A stretch of DNA of 63,997 nucleotides, the filler included, from Candidatus Woesearchaeota archaeon (GTDB lineage: Archaea; Nanobdellota; Nanobdellia; Woesearchaeales; B72-G16): assembly GCA_003650545.1 (NCBI GenBank). It is 21 parts of 21 records of this genome, joined end to end, with 100 filler letters (N's around TTAATTAATTAA, not from the genome) between each part and the next. Parts side by side here need not be neighbours in the genome. Positions count along the whole stretch, not along the records: positions 1 to 3,300 come from QMQO01000106.1; positions 3,401 to 6,628 come from QMQO01000107.1; positions 6,729 to 9,949 come from QMQO01000108.1; positions 10,050 to 13,266 come from QMQO01000109.1; 17 more parts are not named here. One strand, 5' to 3'. Positions 1-10,486 of this stretch are shown here, in pieces. The notes below the pieces were generated by a model. It saw nothing but the letters and a program-made list of their open reading frames with translations. It ran no database searches and was not told the DNA's origin. The stretch's first letter is position 1. Every line of letters starts with the position of its first letter. The translations under genes were made by a program, and so were the position numbers.

Positions 1-546
1 ACTTTGTATATGCTATATGAACCATTGCCTTATGAAGATAAGGAATATGACCTAGCATTTGTTGGTTATTGCTGGTGGAGAAAGGGATGCGATTTATTTA
101 AGAGGGTATGCAGGGAATTGGATCTGAGATGCTGGATGACTGGAGACTATAGAAAATATAGCATGTATGAGTTGATAAACAGACTTAGGAAAACAAAATA
201 TCTATGGTGGATCTCATTATCAGAGGGCTTCGGACTACCTCTTATGGAGGCCCAGGTTCTAGGAGTAATACCATTATGTCTTAGAGCACATACTAGCCTA
301 GACTATTGCTTTACATGTGAATACGATAACAACTTATGCATTGAACCTGTAGGGGAAGAGATAAGGCTTGATAGTGTAGGTCTTAGACACAGGGTATGGA
401 TTCCTAGATACAAAGATGTTATTAGAGTTATCAGGTATGCACTATCATTAGATGAAGAGGAATACAATAGAGTATCAAGGTATGTCTATGAAAAGTCTAG
501 AAAACTTATATTTGAGACGTTTTCTAGATTTATAAATAGTATATGA
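1..546 (+). CDS. GT-B/GT4-like glycosyltransferase, C-terminal part (5' truncated), probably from an archaeal virus
   Basis: FVG...RKG motif and SLSEGFGLPLMEAQVLG, the EGFGLPxxEA donor-binding signature. Confidence 0.8.
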   Translation, partial: TLYMLYEPLPYEDKEYDLAFVGYCWWRKGCDLFKRVCRELDLRCWMTGDYRKYSMYELINRLRKTKYLWWISLSEGFGLPLMEAQVLGVIPLCLRAHTSLDYCFTCEYDNNLCIEPVGEEIRLDSVGLRHRVWIPRYKDVIRVIRYALSLDEEEYNRVSRYVYEKSRKLIFETFSRFINSI

Positions 547-1353
547 GTGGGTGATAAGGGCATGTCGATAAGGGTTGAATTGGATACAAGTAAGTTATTG
601 AAACCAGTATACGATAATATAGCACAGAATAGTGTATATAGCATTAAGTTATGGAAGTACTTTAGATTAGGATATGGTAAAAACATAATCAACAGCGGTA
701 GTGTAGGGGCATCATCATTTGCTGACAATATTATAACTTTTGATAGACCAGCTATTGTACAGTTTGCACAGTTAAAGTTTACAACAATTGGAGAAGTAGA
801 CTTGCTAGCATGGATACTTGCAAGGAAGAAAGGATATAAGAATATGTTAATTCTTAGTGTCGATAAAAGTACTAGTCCAAACGCAGTTTTCAACAATGTA
901 TTGCTTGTAAATGATGAAGTAGAAATTGATCTACTTGCAGAAAACCCAGATTCAGTAACACATAATTATATATATGGTTTACAATATATTGAAGTAGATG
1001 CAGATGTTATAGTAGAACATCGAGAAGGTACTGTACCAGCTAGTAGTACACTTGATATAGACATACAAGATGATATATTATTGTTTGCAGTAGGTGGAAC
1101 AGTTAAAGGATTAGCAAGTGGATCAAAAGCACAAATAATAATTACTGATGGCACAAATGAGCTTATAGTAGCTGAGTCAATCTACGACACATTATCAAAA
1201 AGGCCATACGTTAGCAACTTTTACGCAGATACATTATTACTTAAACAAATACCGATACCATGCACGAAAGATGTGTGGATAAGGATAAGATTAATTAATA
1301 CACAAACAGTAGATAACGATTATAAGGTAATGTGGATAGGTGTTGTACCATGA
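547..1353 (+). CDS. Beta-rich hypothetical protein, possibly virion structural
   Basis: 268-aa ORF tightly packed in an operon; alternating hydrophobic beta-strand pattern; no catalytic motif recognised. Confidence 0.4.
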   Translation: MGDKGMSIRVELDTSKLLKPVYDNIAQNSVYSIKLWKYFRLGYGKNIINSGSVGASSFADNIITFDRPAIVQFAQLKFTTIGEVDLLAWILARKKGYKNMLILSVDKSTSPNAVFNNVLLVNDEVEIDLLAENPDSVTHNYIYGLQYIEVDADVIVEHREGTVPASSTLDIDIQDDILLFAVGGTVKGLASGSKAQIIITDGTNELIVAESIYDTLSKRPYVSNFYADTLLLKQIPIPCTKDVWIRIRLINTQTVDNDYKVMWIGVVP

Positions 1354-2534
1354 TAGATGTGTATTGGTCTAAATTATCAAAATACATGCTTGAATGGTTG
1401 ATTAAGAAATATGTTAGTGCTAGTGGCTTTGGTAGTGAAGCAATAGATCCAGATACTGGTAGCGGTGAAAGTTCAGCGTATTATAGTAAGTTACACAAAA
1501 ATACTATAGCATCAATTGAACTTAAAAGTGAGTACTCAATAAAATACATTAAAGCACTTGAAACATATAATGCAGGAATAAAAACAGATCATGGCATAGG
1601 AGCGTTATTATATGCATTATACTATCTTTATGATAAACTTGGCGATAAAAATGCATACGATACAGCAATTAATTACATAAATATAATTAAGAACAATCTA
1701 GCATCATCAGGACTACCATACGGACAATATGACTTGGATGCAGGTACACCAGTTACATCAGCCATCAATGTCAGAATCAGTTATTTAATGCATCTTATTG
1801 GTGCAATATCACTATTCGACAATGATTTTGCAAAAACATTATATGGTAAAATACCAAAAGTTAATGAAATACTAGCACCAGCTATAGACGTAACTACAGG
1901 TTCAGCAAGTTATACAGAGGATGATATGTTTGCTATATATCTTGCACCAGCAATAATGTATCATGCATATCTAGTTAACCAAGATGTATTTTGGAAAACA
2001 GAATCAGAATCACAAAGCGACTTATTATTACAGTATGGTTGGGACGGTACAACTATTAGAATATTTGATCCATCAACTCTAACCCAGATCACGAATCAGT
2101 ACTTCAATGTATATGAACTATATTTTGCGAGATACTTAGCATTAAGGTATCAATATACGGGCGATGATAGTTTTCTTGATAAGGCAAAGAAAATAACAAT
2201 GTATGCTATACATAATAACGTAATCGATGGTTATATAATAGAGAGATCAGGTTACAATTCAACAACTGTATATAAGCCACTACCTGAACATTTTGATGCA
2301 CTCCACCATCTATATATTGTAACATTGGATGAAAGATTCAAAGCACTATCTAGATCATTGATATGGACTATTTGGACACAACTCAGGCGTTCATACGATA
2401 TAGCAGACTATGACGGTACAGCGTACAGTAGCAATGGCTATAGTACAGAAACACTATTAATAAACTACATGATTGAAAACGATATAAAAGCAACTTATGA
2501 TCTATTTACAGAAATGATTATCCCATTACAATAA
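1350..2534 (+). CDS. (alpha/alpha)6-barrel glycoside hydrolase/AGE-like protein
   Basis: Repeated helical-hairpin motifs (LYYLYDKLGDKNAYDTA, RYQYTGDDSFLDKA, HLYIVTLDERF); ATGA overlap with the upstream stop suggests a start at 1350. Confidence 0.5.
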   Translation: MIDVYWSKLSKYMLEWLIKKYVSASGFGSEAIDPDTGSGESSAYYSKLHKNTIASIELKSEYSIKYIKALETYNAGIKTDHGIGALLYALYYLYDKLGDKNAYDTAINYINIIKNNLASSGLPYGQYDLDAGTPVTSAINVRISYLMHLIGAISLFDNDFAKTLYGKIPKVNEILAPAIDVTTGSASYTEDDMFAIYLAPAIMYHAYLVNQDVFWKTESESQSDLLLQYGWDGTTIRIFDPSTLTQITNQYFNVYELYFARYLALRYQYTGDDSFLDKAKKITMYAIHNNVIDGYIIERSGYNSTTVYKPLPEHFDALHHLYIVTLDERFKALSRSLIWTIWTQLRRSYDIADYDGTAYSSNGYSTETLLINYMIENDIKATYDLFTEMIIPLQ

Positions 2535-2565
2535 CTCATTTTTTGATAATATTAAGGTGTAACTA

Positions 2566-2922
2566 ATGGTTGAAAAAACGTTATCTGGTCAGGTACTGGA
2601 TGAAGAAGGTAATGTTATTGGTAGTGTTAGTGGATCGTATATTGATGAGTATCAAGACTCGACAAGTGAACAAATAGAGTCAAGAACAATAAGTATCAAT
2701 GTTGTTGATGAAAACGGTAACAGTGTAGGCTCTGGTCAATTACAGTACGACGACTATATAACATATAATGATGGTGGAACCAGAACAATAGATCTAAGCG
2801 GTGATGTAAAGGATGATGAAGGTAATATTATTGGCAGTGCTAACGGTAGTCTTGAGGATCAGTATGGATCTGTTTCTGCCAAGATACCCACTAAGCTAGA
2901 GATAACCATTACTCCATTGTAG
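2566..2922 (+). CDS. Acidic protein with three internal D(E/D)(E/N)GNxxGS repeats
   Basis: VLDEEGNVIGS / VVDENGNSVGS / VKDDEGNIIGS. Confidence 0.6.
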   Translation: MVEKTLSGQVLDEEGNVIGSVSGSYIDEYQDSTSEQIESRTISINVVDENGNSVGSGQLQYDDYITYNDGGTRTIDLSGDVKDDEGNIIGSANGSLEDQYGSVSAKIPTKLEITITPL

Positions 2923-2971
2923 TTAAATTTAAATCTTTTTTTTTACATAACTATTCTAATTGGTGATATAT

Positions 2972-3280
2972 ATGGGAACTCGTACAGTTCAGGTAGAGGC
3001 TATATTAACAGATAGTGATGGAAACCCATTGAGCGGTAAAGAAGTCTATCTATACTATAGACTTAGTGGAGAAACTACATGGAATGATATAGGAACTAAT
3101 CCGCATACTACAGATTCAAATGGCAAGGCAACCGATACAATAGACCTATCAGTACCAAATGATTATGATTTCAAGGCAGAGTTTCAGGGAGACGCAGACT
3201 ATGAAGCTAGTTCAGATGAATTACTGAATCAACGCATAAAAGATAAAACACTAATAAGCATAACTGTTTTACCACAGTAA
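2972..3280 (+). CDS. Ig-like beta-sandwich protein
   Basis: LTDSDGNPLSGK...TTDSNGKA...YDFKAEFQGDADYEASS, typical of archaeal Ig-like repeats; GGTGA RBS before ATG 2972. Confidence 0.65.
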   Translation: MGTRTVQVEAILTDSDGNPLSGKEVYLYYRLSGETTWNDIGTNPHTTDSNGKATDTIDLSVPNDYDFKAEFQGDADYEASSDELLNQRIKDKTLISITVLPQ

Positions 3281-3300
3281 TAGGGTTATGTATAATGACT

Positions 3301-3400
3301 NNNNNNNNNNNNNNNNNNNNNNNNNNNNNNNNNNNNNNNNNNNNTTAATTAATTAANNNNNNNNNNNNNNNNNNNNNNNNNNNNNNNNNNNNNNNNNNNN
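3301..3400. other. Artificial contig linker, first of 20. Others start at 6629, 9950, 13267, 16557, 19826, 23071, 26315, 29413, 32446, 35465, 38484, 41440, 44378, 47257, 50129, 52954, 55779, 58587 and 61383
   Basis: Identical N44-TTAATTAATTAA-N44 spacer with stops in all frames; composition and gene content change abruptly at each one; contig lengths decrease along the window. Confidence 0.99.
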
Positions 3401-3606
3401 AGAAATTCTTATGAAACCTTATTACCTATAGAAGGTTAAGCCTATTATATATTAAGAGATTTTCAATTTTTTTATTCTTTAAAGGCCTTATATTCTTTTC
3501 CTGTCAAAATTTCAGACGCATCCAAAATTTCTATAGAAGAATAGAGAGAGATTTTAATGTAACTGCAATATTCTTAATCTGTATTCCCCTCATCTTATCT
3601 CCTCGT

Positions 3607-5187
3607 CTACTTATTGGTATCTTCTCCATACAGAACAACTTTATTTCTACCTGTCTGCTTTGCTTGATAAAGAGCAGAGTCTGCTTGGTTTATTAAATCT
3701 TTATCTTCTAAGGCATCTGTAGGAAAAGAACTTATTCCTGCGCTAACCGTCACTTTTGTAGTCTTACCTTCATAGGAAAAAATAATCGTTTCAATATTTT
3801 TGCGGATCCTTTCTGCTAAAACAAAAGCTCCTTCCCTGTTTGTTTCAGGTAAAATTATAGTAAACTCATCGCCTCCCCAACGGCAGGGTATATCTTCATT
3901 TTTCCGGATAGACGAACTAATAACAGAAGCTATTTTCTTTAAAATAAAATTACCCATTAAGTGGCCTAACCGGTCATTACACTCTTTAAAGCGGTCTATA
4001 TCTATTATAACTACAGAAACAAAAGAAGAATAACGCCGTGCTCGGGAAATTTCTTCTTTAAGGCGCTGGTCAAAATACCTGTGTACAAAAAAACCTGTCA
4101 AACCATCAGTGATGGCCAACTCATATAAGCGGGCATTAAGCACAATCATAATTAATTGTCCTGTCAAACTCAAAAATAAATTTACATTTTCTTCCGTTAA
4201 GGTTTCTCCTATCTTTTTAGTCAATCCCACAGCACCAACAATATTCTCCTTCTGGATAAACACTACACGATAAAACCAATAATACTTATTCCCAACTTCA
4301 TCTAAAAATAAATCTCTTTCTTGTGGTAGACTATCTTTAGGATAAAAAAAGGCTAATTTGTCAGAGATTGAATGAAGTGCCCGGTTTACCATTCCATCTG
4401 TATCTTTCCCTTTTAAAATAATTTCTTTTCTTTTCTCATCTAATTCGCGGGAGACAAAAAAGAGTACAGACTTATTTTCTCTTAAGATAATTATAAAACC
4501 TGAGAATGCTCCAAGCATCTTAATTAAAATCCCTAATACCATATCTAAAAGAATCTCTGCTTCTAAACCAGAATTTATTGCTGCCGTTATTTCATTAAAA
4601 ACTGTAAGCTCCTCTACATGCCTCTGTAATTTTTTAAAGAAATTAGCATTCTCTATAGCTACTCCTGCTTGATTAGCAAAAGCAAAAAGTAAACTTTTAT
4701 CTTCTGCTGAATACATCTCTTGATTAAGCTTCCTACCTATCAAATATACCCCTCTTAACTCCTTCCTTAAAAACATAGGAACAACCAGTTCTATATTTAA
4801 AGCGGTTAATTCTTTTTTGATCTCTACATCTTCAATCTCCCCAACAAAAAAACCGTCTTTTTTTTCTTTTACTGCAGGATAAATTTTTTCCAACTTAAAC
4901 TTTATTTTCTCTATCTTCTCCTTAAATCCTTCGTCTTCTCCTGCTACATATACAGGCTTATCACCATCAAAGATAATCAAAGCTAATTTTTCCGTTAAAA
5001 AAAGACCTGTTACTGCATAGCTAAAGACCTCTATAATCTTTTCTGTATCTAAGTCTAAACTTAAATTTAAATCCTTTAACACATCACTTAAGGTCAATAA
5101 CTCAATGAGTTTGCGCTTAAATTTTTTTTCAAAGTCGTTTGTCTGCATTCTTTCCTTACTCCTATTTGGTCTCAGAGATAGCTTCAT
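3607..5187 (-). CDS. GAF-GAF-GGDEF diguanylate cyclase (true start may be slightly downstream of 5187)
   Basis: AITDGLTG, IIDIDRFK, RWGGDEF, ADSALYQAKQTGRN; GAF signature FANQAGVAIENA. Confidence 0.92.
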   Translation of the reverse strand: MKLSLRPNRSKERMQTNDFEKKFKRKLIELLTLSDVLKDLNLSLDLDTEKIIEVFSYAVTGLFLTEKLALIIFDGDKPVYVAGEDEGFKEKIEKIKFKLEKIYPAVKEKKDGFFVGEIEDVEIKKELTALNIELVVPMFLRKELRGVYLIGRKLNQEMYSAEDKSLLFAFANQAGVAIENANFFKKLQRHVEELTVFNEITAAINSGLEAEILLDMVLGILIKMLGAFSGFIIILRENKSVLFFVSRELDEKRKEIILKGKDTDGMVNRALHSISDKLAFFYPKDSLPQERDLFLDEVGNKYYWFYRVVFIQKENIVGAVGLTKKIGETLTEENVNLFLSLTGQLIMIVLNARLYELAITDGLTGFFVHRYFDQRLKEEISRARRYSSFVSVVIIDIDRFKECNDRLGHLMGNFILKKIASVISSSIRKNEDIPCRWGGDEFTIILPETNREGAFVLAERIRKNIETIIFSYEGKTTKVTVSAGISSFPTDALEDKDLINQADSALYQAKQTGRNKVVLYGEDTNK

Positions 5188-5512
5188 CTAAAGTACTGTA
5201 TATAGGGATAATCCTGTTTACGCCTAAAACCTCTAAAACTTCTCTCACATATTCATTAACCGCAACCAATTTAAGAAATCCCCCTTTCTTCTTCGTTTTA
5301 TTAAAACAATGCAAAAGACTACAAACGCCGGAGCTATTAATATATTCTAAATTACTTAAATCAGCGATCAAAAAGAAGTTCCCTTCTTCAAATAGGGAGT
5401 TTACTCGTCCCATCAGTTTTTTACTCCCCAGAATATCCAGCTCTCCTTTTAATTTTATTAATTTTAAAGAAGCATGGTGGGGAAGATTATTTATCTCGAT
5501 TTCTATTCCCAT
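5162..5512 (-). CDS. STAS-domain anti-sigma-factor antagonist (RsbV/SpoIIAA-like)
   Basis: LKGELD...DLSNLEYINSSG with the phospho-acceptor Ser. Confidence 0.9.
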   Translation of the reverse strand: MGIEIEINNLPHHASLKLIKLKGELDILGSKKLMGRVNSLFEEGNFFLIADLSNLEYINSSGVCSLLHCFNKTKKKGGFLKLVAVNEYVREVLEVLGVNRIIPIYSTLDEAISETK

Positions 5513-6011
5513 TTCCTTCGCCTGGCTTTGGTGCTTTCTGTGGCTTTGATGCTTTTTTAAGAATAATCACGGTAGTATCATGGGGGGTAGTTTTAATATC
5601 TAATTTATCAACTAACTTCTGCACAATAATAAAACCTCTCCCCCTACGGAAAGGGTCAATTTTTCCTGAGGAAATCTCCTCTTGAAATAATCTCACATTG
5701 CGCTCGAATACCTCTCTGATGTCAAACTTTCTTCCTATGGCATTTTTTACCATTAATTCCATTCTGCCTTTCTGGAATTTACAATTAAGGATTACCTTTT
5801 TATCTTCTCCTGGCTTGCCATGCTCTATAGCATTATTACATACTTCATCTACCACTGTTTCTATCTGATAAGTTTCCCGATCATTAAAACCAAAATGAGA
5901 GGCAATACGGGCAATGCAAATCCTTACCCCCGGGACAAAGATATAATCCACTGGAATCTGTATCTTTATTTCTTTTACTCGTGCCACCTTTCCTCCTATG
6001 TTCATTGTCAA
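5487..6011 (-). CDS. RsbW/SpoIIAB-like anti-sigma factor Ser kinase (HATPase_c_2)
   Basis: VVDEVCNNAIEHG and RGRGFIIVQKLVD. Confidence 0.88.
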   Translation of the reverse strand: MTMNIGGKVARVKEIKIQIPVDYIFVPGVRICIARIASHFGFNDRETYQIETVVDEVCNNAIEHGKPGEDKKVILNCKFQKGRMELMVKNAIGRKFDIREVFERNVRLFQEEISSGKIDPFRRGRGFIIVQKLVDKLDIKTTPHDTTVIILKKASKPQKAPKPGEGNGNRNRDK

Positions 6012-6044
6012 TAACTACCCCTTCCTCTGGAAAATCACTTAAAA

Positions 6045-6428
6045 TTACTGCTCAAGGGTTGTTTCTTGTTCTACTTCTGGGGTATAAATACTATCTATTG
6101 CCTCTTCTATCTCCTTATATACCTCTAATAATTTAAGCGCACCGCTAATTTCCATTATCTCATAGACAGTCTTAGTGAGATTAACTATTTTAAACCCACC
6201 ATTTTTCCTTTTAGCCTTTATATGGTATCTTAGAAGCAAAACAACCCCTACAGTATTTATATAGCTTAATTTACTGCAATCAATAATGATAAATCCCTCT
6301 TCACTCTCAATTAAAGGATTTAAAACCTTTTCTGTTTCGGCAATTGCCAATGTATCAAGTGCACCTTCTATCTCCACTAATGTCATCTTTTTTGCACCGG
6401 ATATGTCCTTTGTCCTTATTTTTACCAT
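6045..6428 (-). CDS. Second STAS-domain protein, with Thr-Val in place of the usual Ser-Ser
   Basis: IEGALD...IDCSKLSYINTVG. Confidence 0.85.
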   Translation of the reverse strand: MVKIRTKDISGAKKMTLVEIEGALDTLAIAETEKVLNPLIESEEGFIIIDCSKLSYINTVGVVLLLRYHIKAKRKNGGFKIVNLTKTVYEIMEISGALKLLEVYKEIEEAIDSIYTPEVEQETTLEQ

Positions 6429-6728
6429 TTTTACCTCACAGTTTTAAAAAATATAAACAAAAAAATTATATAGGAGTATAGATAAAATGTCAAGGAGAGT
6501 AGTATTTTGGAGTTTCCCCAAAATTTTTAAGTCAGTAAGGGGAAGAGGAAGAGCTGTTTTCCGTTACTTTGCTTTTTCTTCTTTCCCCATGGCCATCTCC
6601 ATCTTGTATTAAACAGAATTCTAAATATNNNNNNNNNNNNNNNNNNNNNNNNNNNNNNNNNNNNNNNNNNNNTTAATTAATTAANNNNNNNNNNNNNNNN
6701 NNNNNNNNNNNNNNNNNNNNNNNNNNNN

Positions 6729-7438
6729 ACTATTACTGGCTTATACGATGTGATTTTGGACCCTATTTTTAATAACTTTGAACCTTGGCCTTCACGTAAT
6801 CCCTCGATGTATAACGCTATTACTTTTGTTTCATCATGCTCTAGTAATATGCTCATTAACTCTTCTTCCCCTACATCAACACGGTTACCTAGACTAGCAT
6901 AGAAGCTTACACCAACACCACGCCGTGATAGTATTTCAGCTAAAGCGGTAAGATACGCACCACTTTGACCAAGTAATGCTACACTTCCAGGACTAAATAC
7001 CTCTTCAAAGCTAGCGTGGAGTCCTATACCAGGTATACTTATGCCAGCACAATTAGGTCCTATAATCCTTACACCTCCTCTTCTTGCACGACGTAGTATT
7101 TCCTCTTCCAAATCCTTCCTACCAGCCTCTGAGAAACCAGCTGATAACACTACTATTGCGTTTACTCCTTTATCAACTGCATCATCAACAACACTAGGTA
7201 CAGCTTCTGCTGGAACAGCTACAACAACTAAATCGACCTTACCTGGTATATCTCGAAGTGAAGGATAAGTCTTTAACCCTAGAATTTCATTATATCTCGG
7301 ATTAACAGGATATATCTTACCCTTAAATCCAGCACGTAGTAAATTCTCGACTACCAACCTACCAATCTTCCCTTCCTTAGGCGTAGCACCTACTACTGCA
7401 ATGCTCTCTGTCTTTAGAATAGACGATAGCATTGACAT
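6729..7438 (-). CDS. NDP-forming acyl-CoA synthetase alpha subunit, CoA-binding domain (3' truncated)
   Basis: SIAVVGAT, IYPVNP, SAGFSE, RIIGPNCAG, SLGNRVD, ALYIEG. Confidence 0.92.
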
Positions 7439-7524
7439 AGACTACCCCGTGATACGATAAGAATACTATTAGGATAAAACTATTTTGCGGTCATCCTTAA
7501 TTATTCAAATCAAGGTATTAAATT

Positions 7525-8394
7525 ATGCGTGTAGGTGTTCTAGGATTAGGCAACATGGGTACAGCTATAGCGTTAAGACTAGTTGAAAAAGGATTCAAGG
7601 TCCGTGTATGGAACCGTACTAAAAGTAAGGCAGAGAAAATAGCCCAAGAACATAACCTAGCAGTTGAAGAAACCCCTAAAAAACTAGTAGAGAACACATA
7701 CACTACTATAGTAATGATATCCGATGATAAAGCATTCAGAGAAGTCTTTTACGATAACAATGGGATACTACAAGGAATAAGACCTAACTACATACTGATA
7801 AACTCTTCAACTACTACGCCTATGCTTAGCATTGAATTAGCTTCAGTTTTACGTAAACATAAGGCCTTCTTAATTGAAGCCCCAGTACTCGGAGGACCTA
7901 AGGTAGCCCGAAAAGGAGAACTTATAATAATGGTTAGTGGACCTCAAGAACAAGTTGAAAATATAAAAGAGGTACTTTCTGCCTTAGGAGAAATAGTGTA
8001 TGTATCTAATCATATAGGAGATGCAATGGTCCTAAAGCTAGCATTCAATGCTCTACTAATATCAAATCTACAATTACTATCAGAGACGCTAGGTTTAGTT
8101 GAAGCATGGAATATTGATACTATCAAAATTAAAGAAATACTAAGTAAAACAATATTCAAACCAATAATAGAGAAATACTATTCAAGGCTATTAGCTGAAA
8201 GCTATCCTGTAAGCTTTAGGCTAGCATTAGCGGTTAAAGACCTGGAGTACGCCAGAAAGACAGCTGAGGAAAAGAACCAACCAGTACCATTGATATCAAC
8301 TGCTGCGACAATATTTAGACTAGCCGCAAATCACGGCTATGGAGAAGAAGATTATAGTAGGATATCCCTATTCATTAGGAGGCACAAAAAGTGA
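7525..8394 (+). CDS. NAD(P)-dependent beta-hydroxyacid dehydrogenase (3-hydroxyisobutyrate/6PGD family)
   Basis: VGVLGLGNMG, WNRT, EAPVLGG, catalytic K in LKLAFN, KDL. Confidence 0.92.
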   Translation: MRVGVLGLGNMGTAIALRLVEKGFKVRVWNRTKSKAEKIAQEHNLAVEETPKKLVENTYTTIVMISDDKAFREVFYDNNGILQGIRPNYILINSSTTTPMLSIELASVLRKHKAFLIEAPVLGGPKVARKGELIIMVSGPQEQVENIKEVLSALGEIVYVSNHIGDAMVLKLAFNALLISNLQLLSETLGLVEAWNIDTIKIKEILSKTIFKPIIEKYYSRLLAESYPVSFRLALAVKDLEYARKTAEEKNQPVPLISTAATIFRLAANHGYGEEDYSRISLFIRRHKK

Positions 8395-8864
8395 TCAACA
8401 ATAAGAAGGTATTTACCATAGGTCACAGTAATAGGAATATGAATGAATTCATAGAAATACTATTAAAATACAAGATAAAAACCTTAGTAGATGTACGTAG
8501 ATTCCCTAAATCAACACGTTATCCCCACTTTAATAAAGAGGTATTAGAACAAGCTCTTCAGAAGATAGGTATCAAATACATATGGATGGGTGAAAACTTA
8601 GGAGGCTATTGTAACGGCGGCTATGAAGAGTACATGAAAACCGAAAAGTACTTAGGAGGAGTAAACAAACTTATCGAAATAATAGGTAATTCTCCTGGCC
8701 CTATTGCGATAATGTGTAGTGAAAGATTGTGGTTTAAATGTCATAGAAAATTCATAGCTGATACTCTCGTAGAAAAAGGTTACGAAGTAATACATATAAT
8801 AGATAAGGATAAGATACAAATACATAAACCTAGAAAAAATAGTAAACTTCTGGAAAAGCTGTGA
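8391..8864 (+). CDS. DUF488 family protein
   Basis: FTIGHSNR, LVDVRRFP, IMCSE...CHR. Confidence 0.9.
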   Translation: MINNKKVFTIGHSNRNMNEFIEILLKYKIKTLVDVRRFPKSTRYPHFNKEVLEQALQKIGIKYIWMGENLGGYCNGGYEEYMKTEKYLGGVNKLIEIIGNSPGPIAIMCSERLWFKCHRKFIADTLVEKGYEVIHIIDKDKIQIHKPRKNSKLLEKL

Positions 8865-8933
8865 TGAACCCAGCGGGGACTTACACTTAATGAATATAAA
8901 TGTGGATGAAGAAAACGTCCACCGACTGAGCCC

Positions 8934-9728
8934 CTATAGAATAGATATTTTCACAATATGTCCTTCTACCTCTATTACGTCGATTATATTGGGTTTACAA
9001 GTATTAAACCCTTTATCTAATAATGAGTCATAAACAGTACTGCTTGTAACAACAACTAAGTCTCCCTTACATAGATATCCTATACTATAATACCTCCTTT
9101 TGTCTCCGCTAAAATGCTCCCAATCTTCGATAATATATACATTACTTGTTGAATTGTTAATGAATAGTATTAATGAGTTAATCGATGTTCTTACAGCTTT
9201 TTTCCTAAGTAATACATTGATAGTATTCCTTATGGCTTCGACTATATTACCGTGTTTAACATATTCTCTAATCAGTAACTTGAAGTACATGTATGTATCA
9301 GATACCTTATCTAAATCTCCTTTGTATCCTATTTCTTCAGCTACGACATATTTATCTATACCACCATTGTGAGCTAGAGCCAGTATTGAATCATCTATAT
9401 TACTAATGAATGGGTGAGCATATAGTAATCCTAAAGGTTCGCTCTTACTAGCTTTCCTTACATGAATTATACCTTTACATGGACATCTAAGTGAACGTAT
9501 AAGTCTTTCAAGAATTCTAATTTGAGAGTAAAGTGGTTCACCCGACTTATAATATAGTACCCCGCCTAATCCTTGATCGTATATACTAAGCCCCCAGCCA
9601 TCACTATGTCCTCCTACAACTTTACCAGGTAATAACGGATCATAACGAGAAACGCTAACTAGTGGACCAAGAATTTCATGTAACCCATCAATATTCCTTG
9701 ACAATTTAAAGCCTATTAGTCTACACAA
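8934..9728 (-). CDS. Class II glutamine amidotransferase (Ntn; YafJ/EgtC-like)
   Basis: N-terminal MCRL, HSDGWG, HVRKAS, HPF, AHNG, SDT. Confidence 0.88.
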   Translation of the reverse strand: MCRLIGFKLSRNIDGLHEILGPLVSVSRYDPLLPGKVVGGHSDGWGLSIYDQGLGGVLYYKSGEPLYSQIRILERLIRSLRCPCKGIIHVRKASKSEPLGLLYAHPFISNIDDSILALAHNGGIDKYVVAEEIGYKGDLDKVSDTYMYFKLLIREYVKHGNIVEAIRNTINVLLRKKAVRTSINSLILFINNSTSNVYIIEDWEHFSGDKRRYYSIGYLCKGDLVVVTSSTVYDSLLDKGFNTCKPNIIDVIEVEGHIVKISIL

Positions 9729-9814
9729 GACTAAATATCCCTACCCCAAAAATAACATAATTCTGGAATAAATATTATTGTAGAGTACACACAAATGAAA
9801 CAGGTCTAAGTACT

Positions 9815-9949
9815 ATGGAAGTATATGTTGGTACAAGTGGCTGGATGTATGACTGGAACCCTGATGGTTTTGAATGGTTTATAAAGTATAGTGAGCTAAA
9901 TGCTGTGGAACTTAATGCAAGTTTCTATCGATTTCCTTATCCTAATCAA
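9815..9949 (+). CDS. DUF72 family protein (3' truncated)
   Basis: YVGTSGWMY and VELNASFYRFP. Confidence 0.88.
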
Positions 9950-10049
9950 NNNNNNNNNNNNNNNNNNNNNNNNNNNNNNNNNNNNNNNNNNNNTTAATTA
10001 ATTAANNNNNNNNNNNNNNNNNNNNNNNNNNNNNNNNNNNNNNNNNNNN

Positions 10050-10486
10050 CTGACAGTTGTCGCGAGTCGTGCGATCTGGCGCTCTGTCGCGCTCGCACTG
10101 CGGGAAAGTTCATTGAAGAGTTGTTGACCGAGACGAGTACGAGGCAGGATTAACGCGAGGGCTGTGCCCGCGGCGACCAAAGCCATACGGTAACGGCGGA
10201 AAGAATTAGAAGTCTCCTTTACCGCTCTGTCGACTTGCTGCAGAGATCTCTCGGTTTGGCGCGTTTGTTGTTGGAGACGCTCGGTTGTTTCGGCCGCTTG
10301 TTGTACTGATCGCGTAAGTTGTGAAGCACCTTTCCCCGTTTGCTCGAGTTGACGAGAAAGGTTAGTGGAGAGGCGAACGAGGGATTGAGATAGCGCGTTC
10401 AGACTCCGAACTGTGCTCTGGATGGACTCGTTGAGCGCTTGGAGCTCTTCCGCGCCAATAACTTGGATGTCGACTGTTTCTTTCAT
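10050..10486 (-). CDS. Phage tail tape-measure protein, N-terminus (truncated)
   Basis: Long Q/T/S/A-rich amphipathic helix; canonical position after the tail tube and chaperone genes; ATGA-type overlap. Confidence 0.7.
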
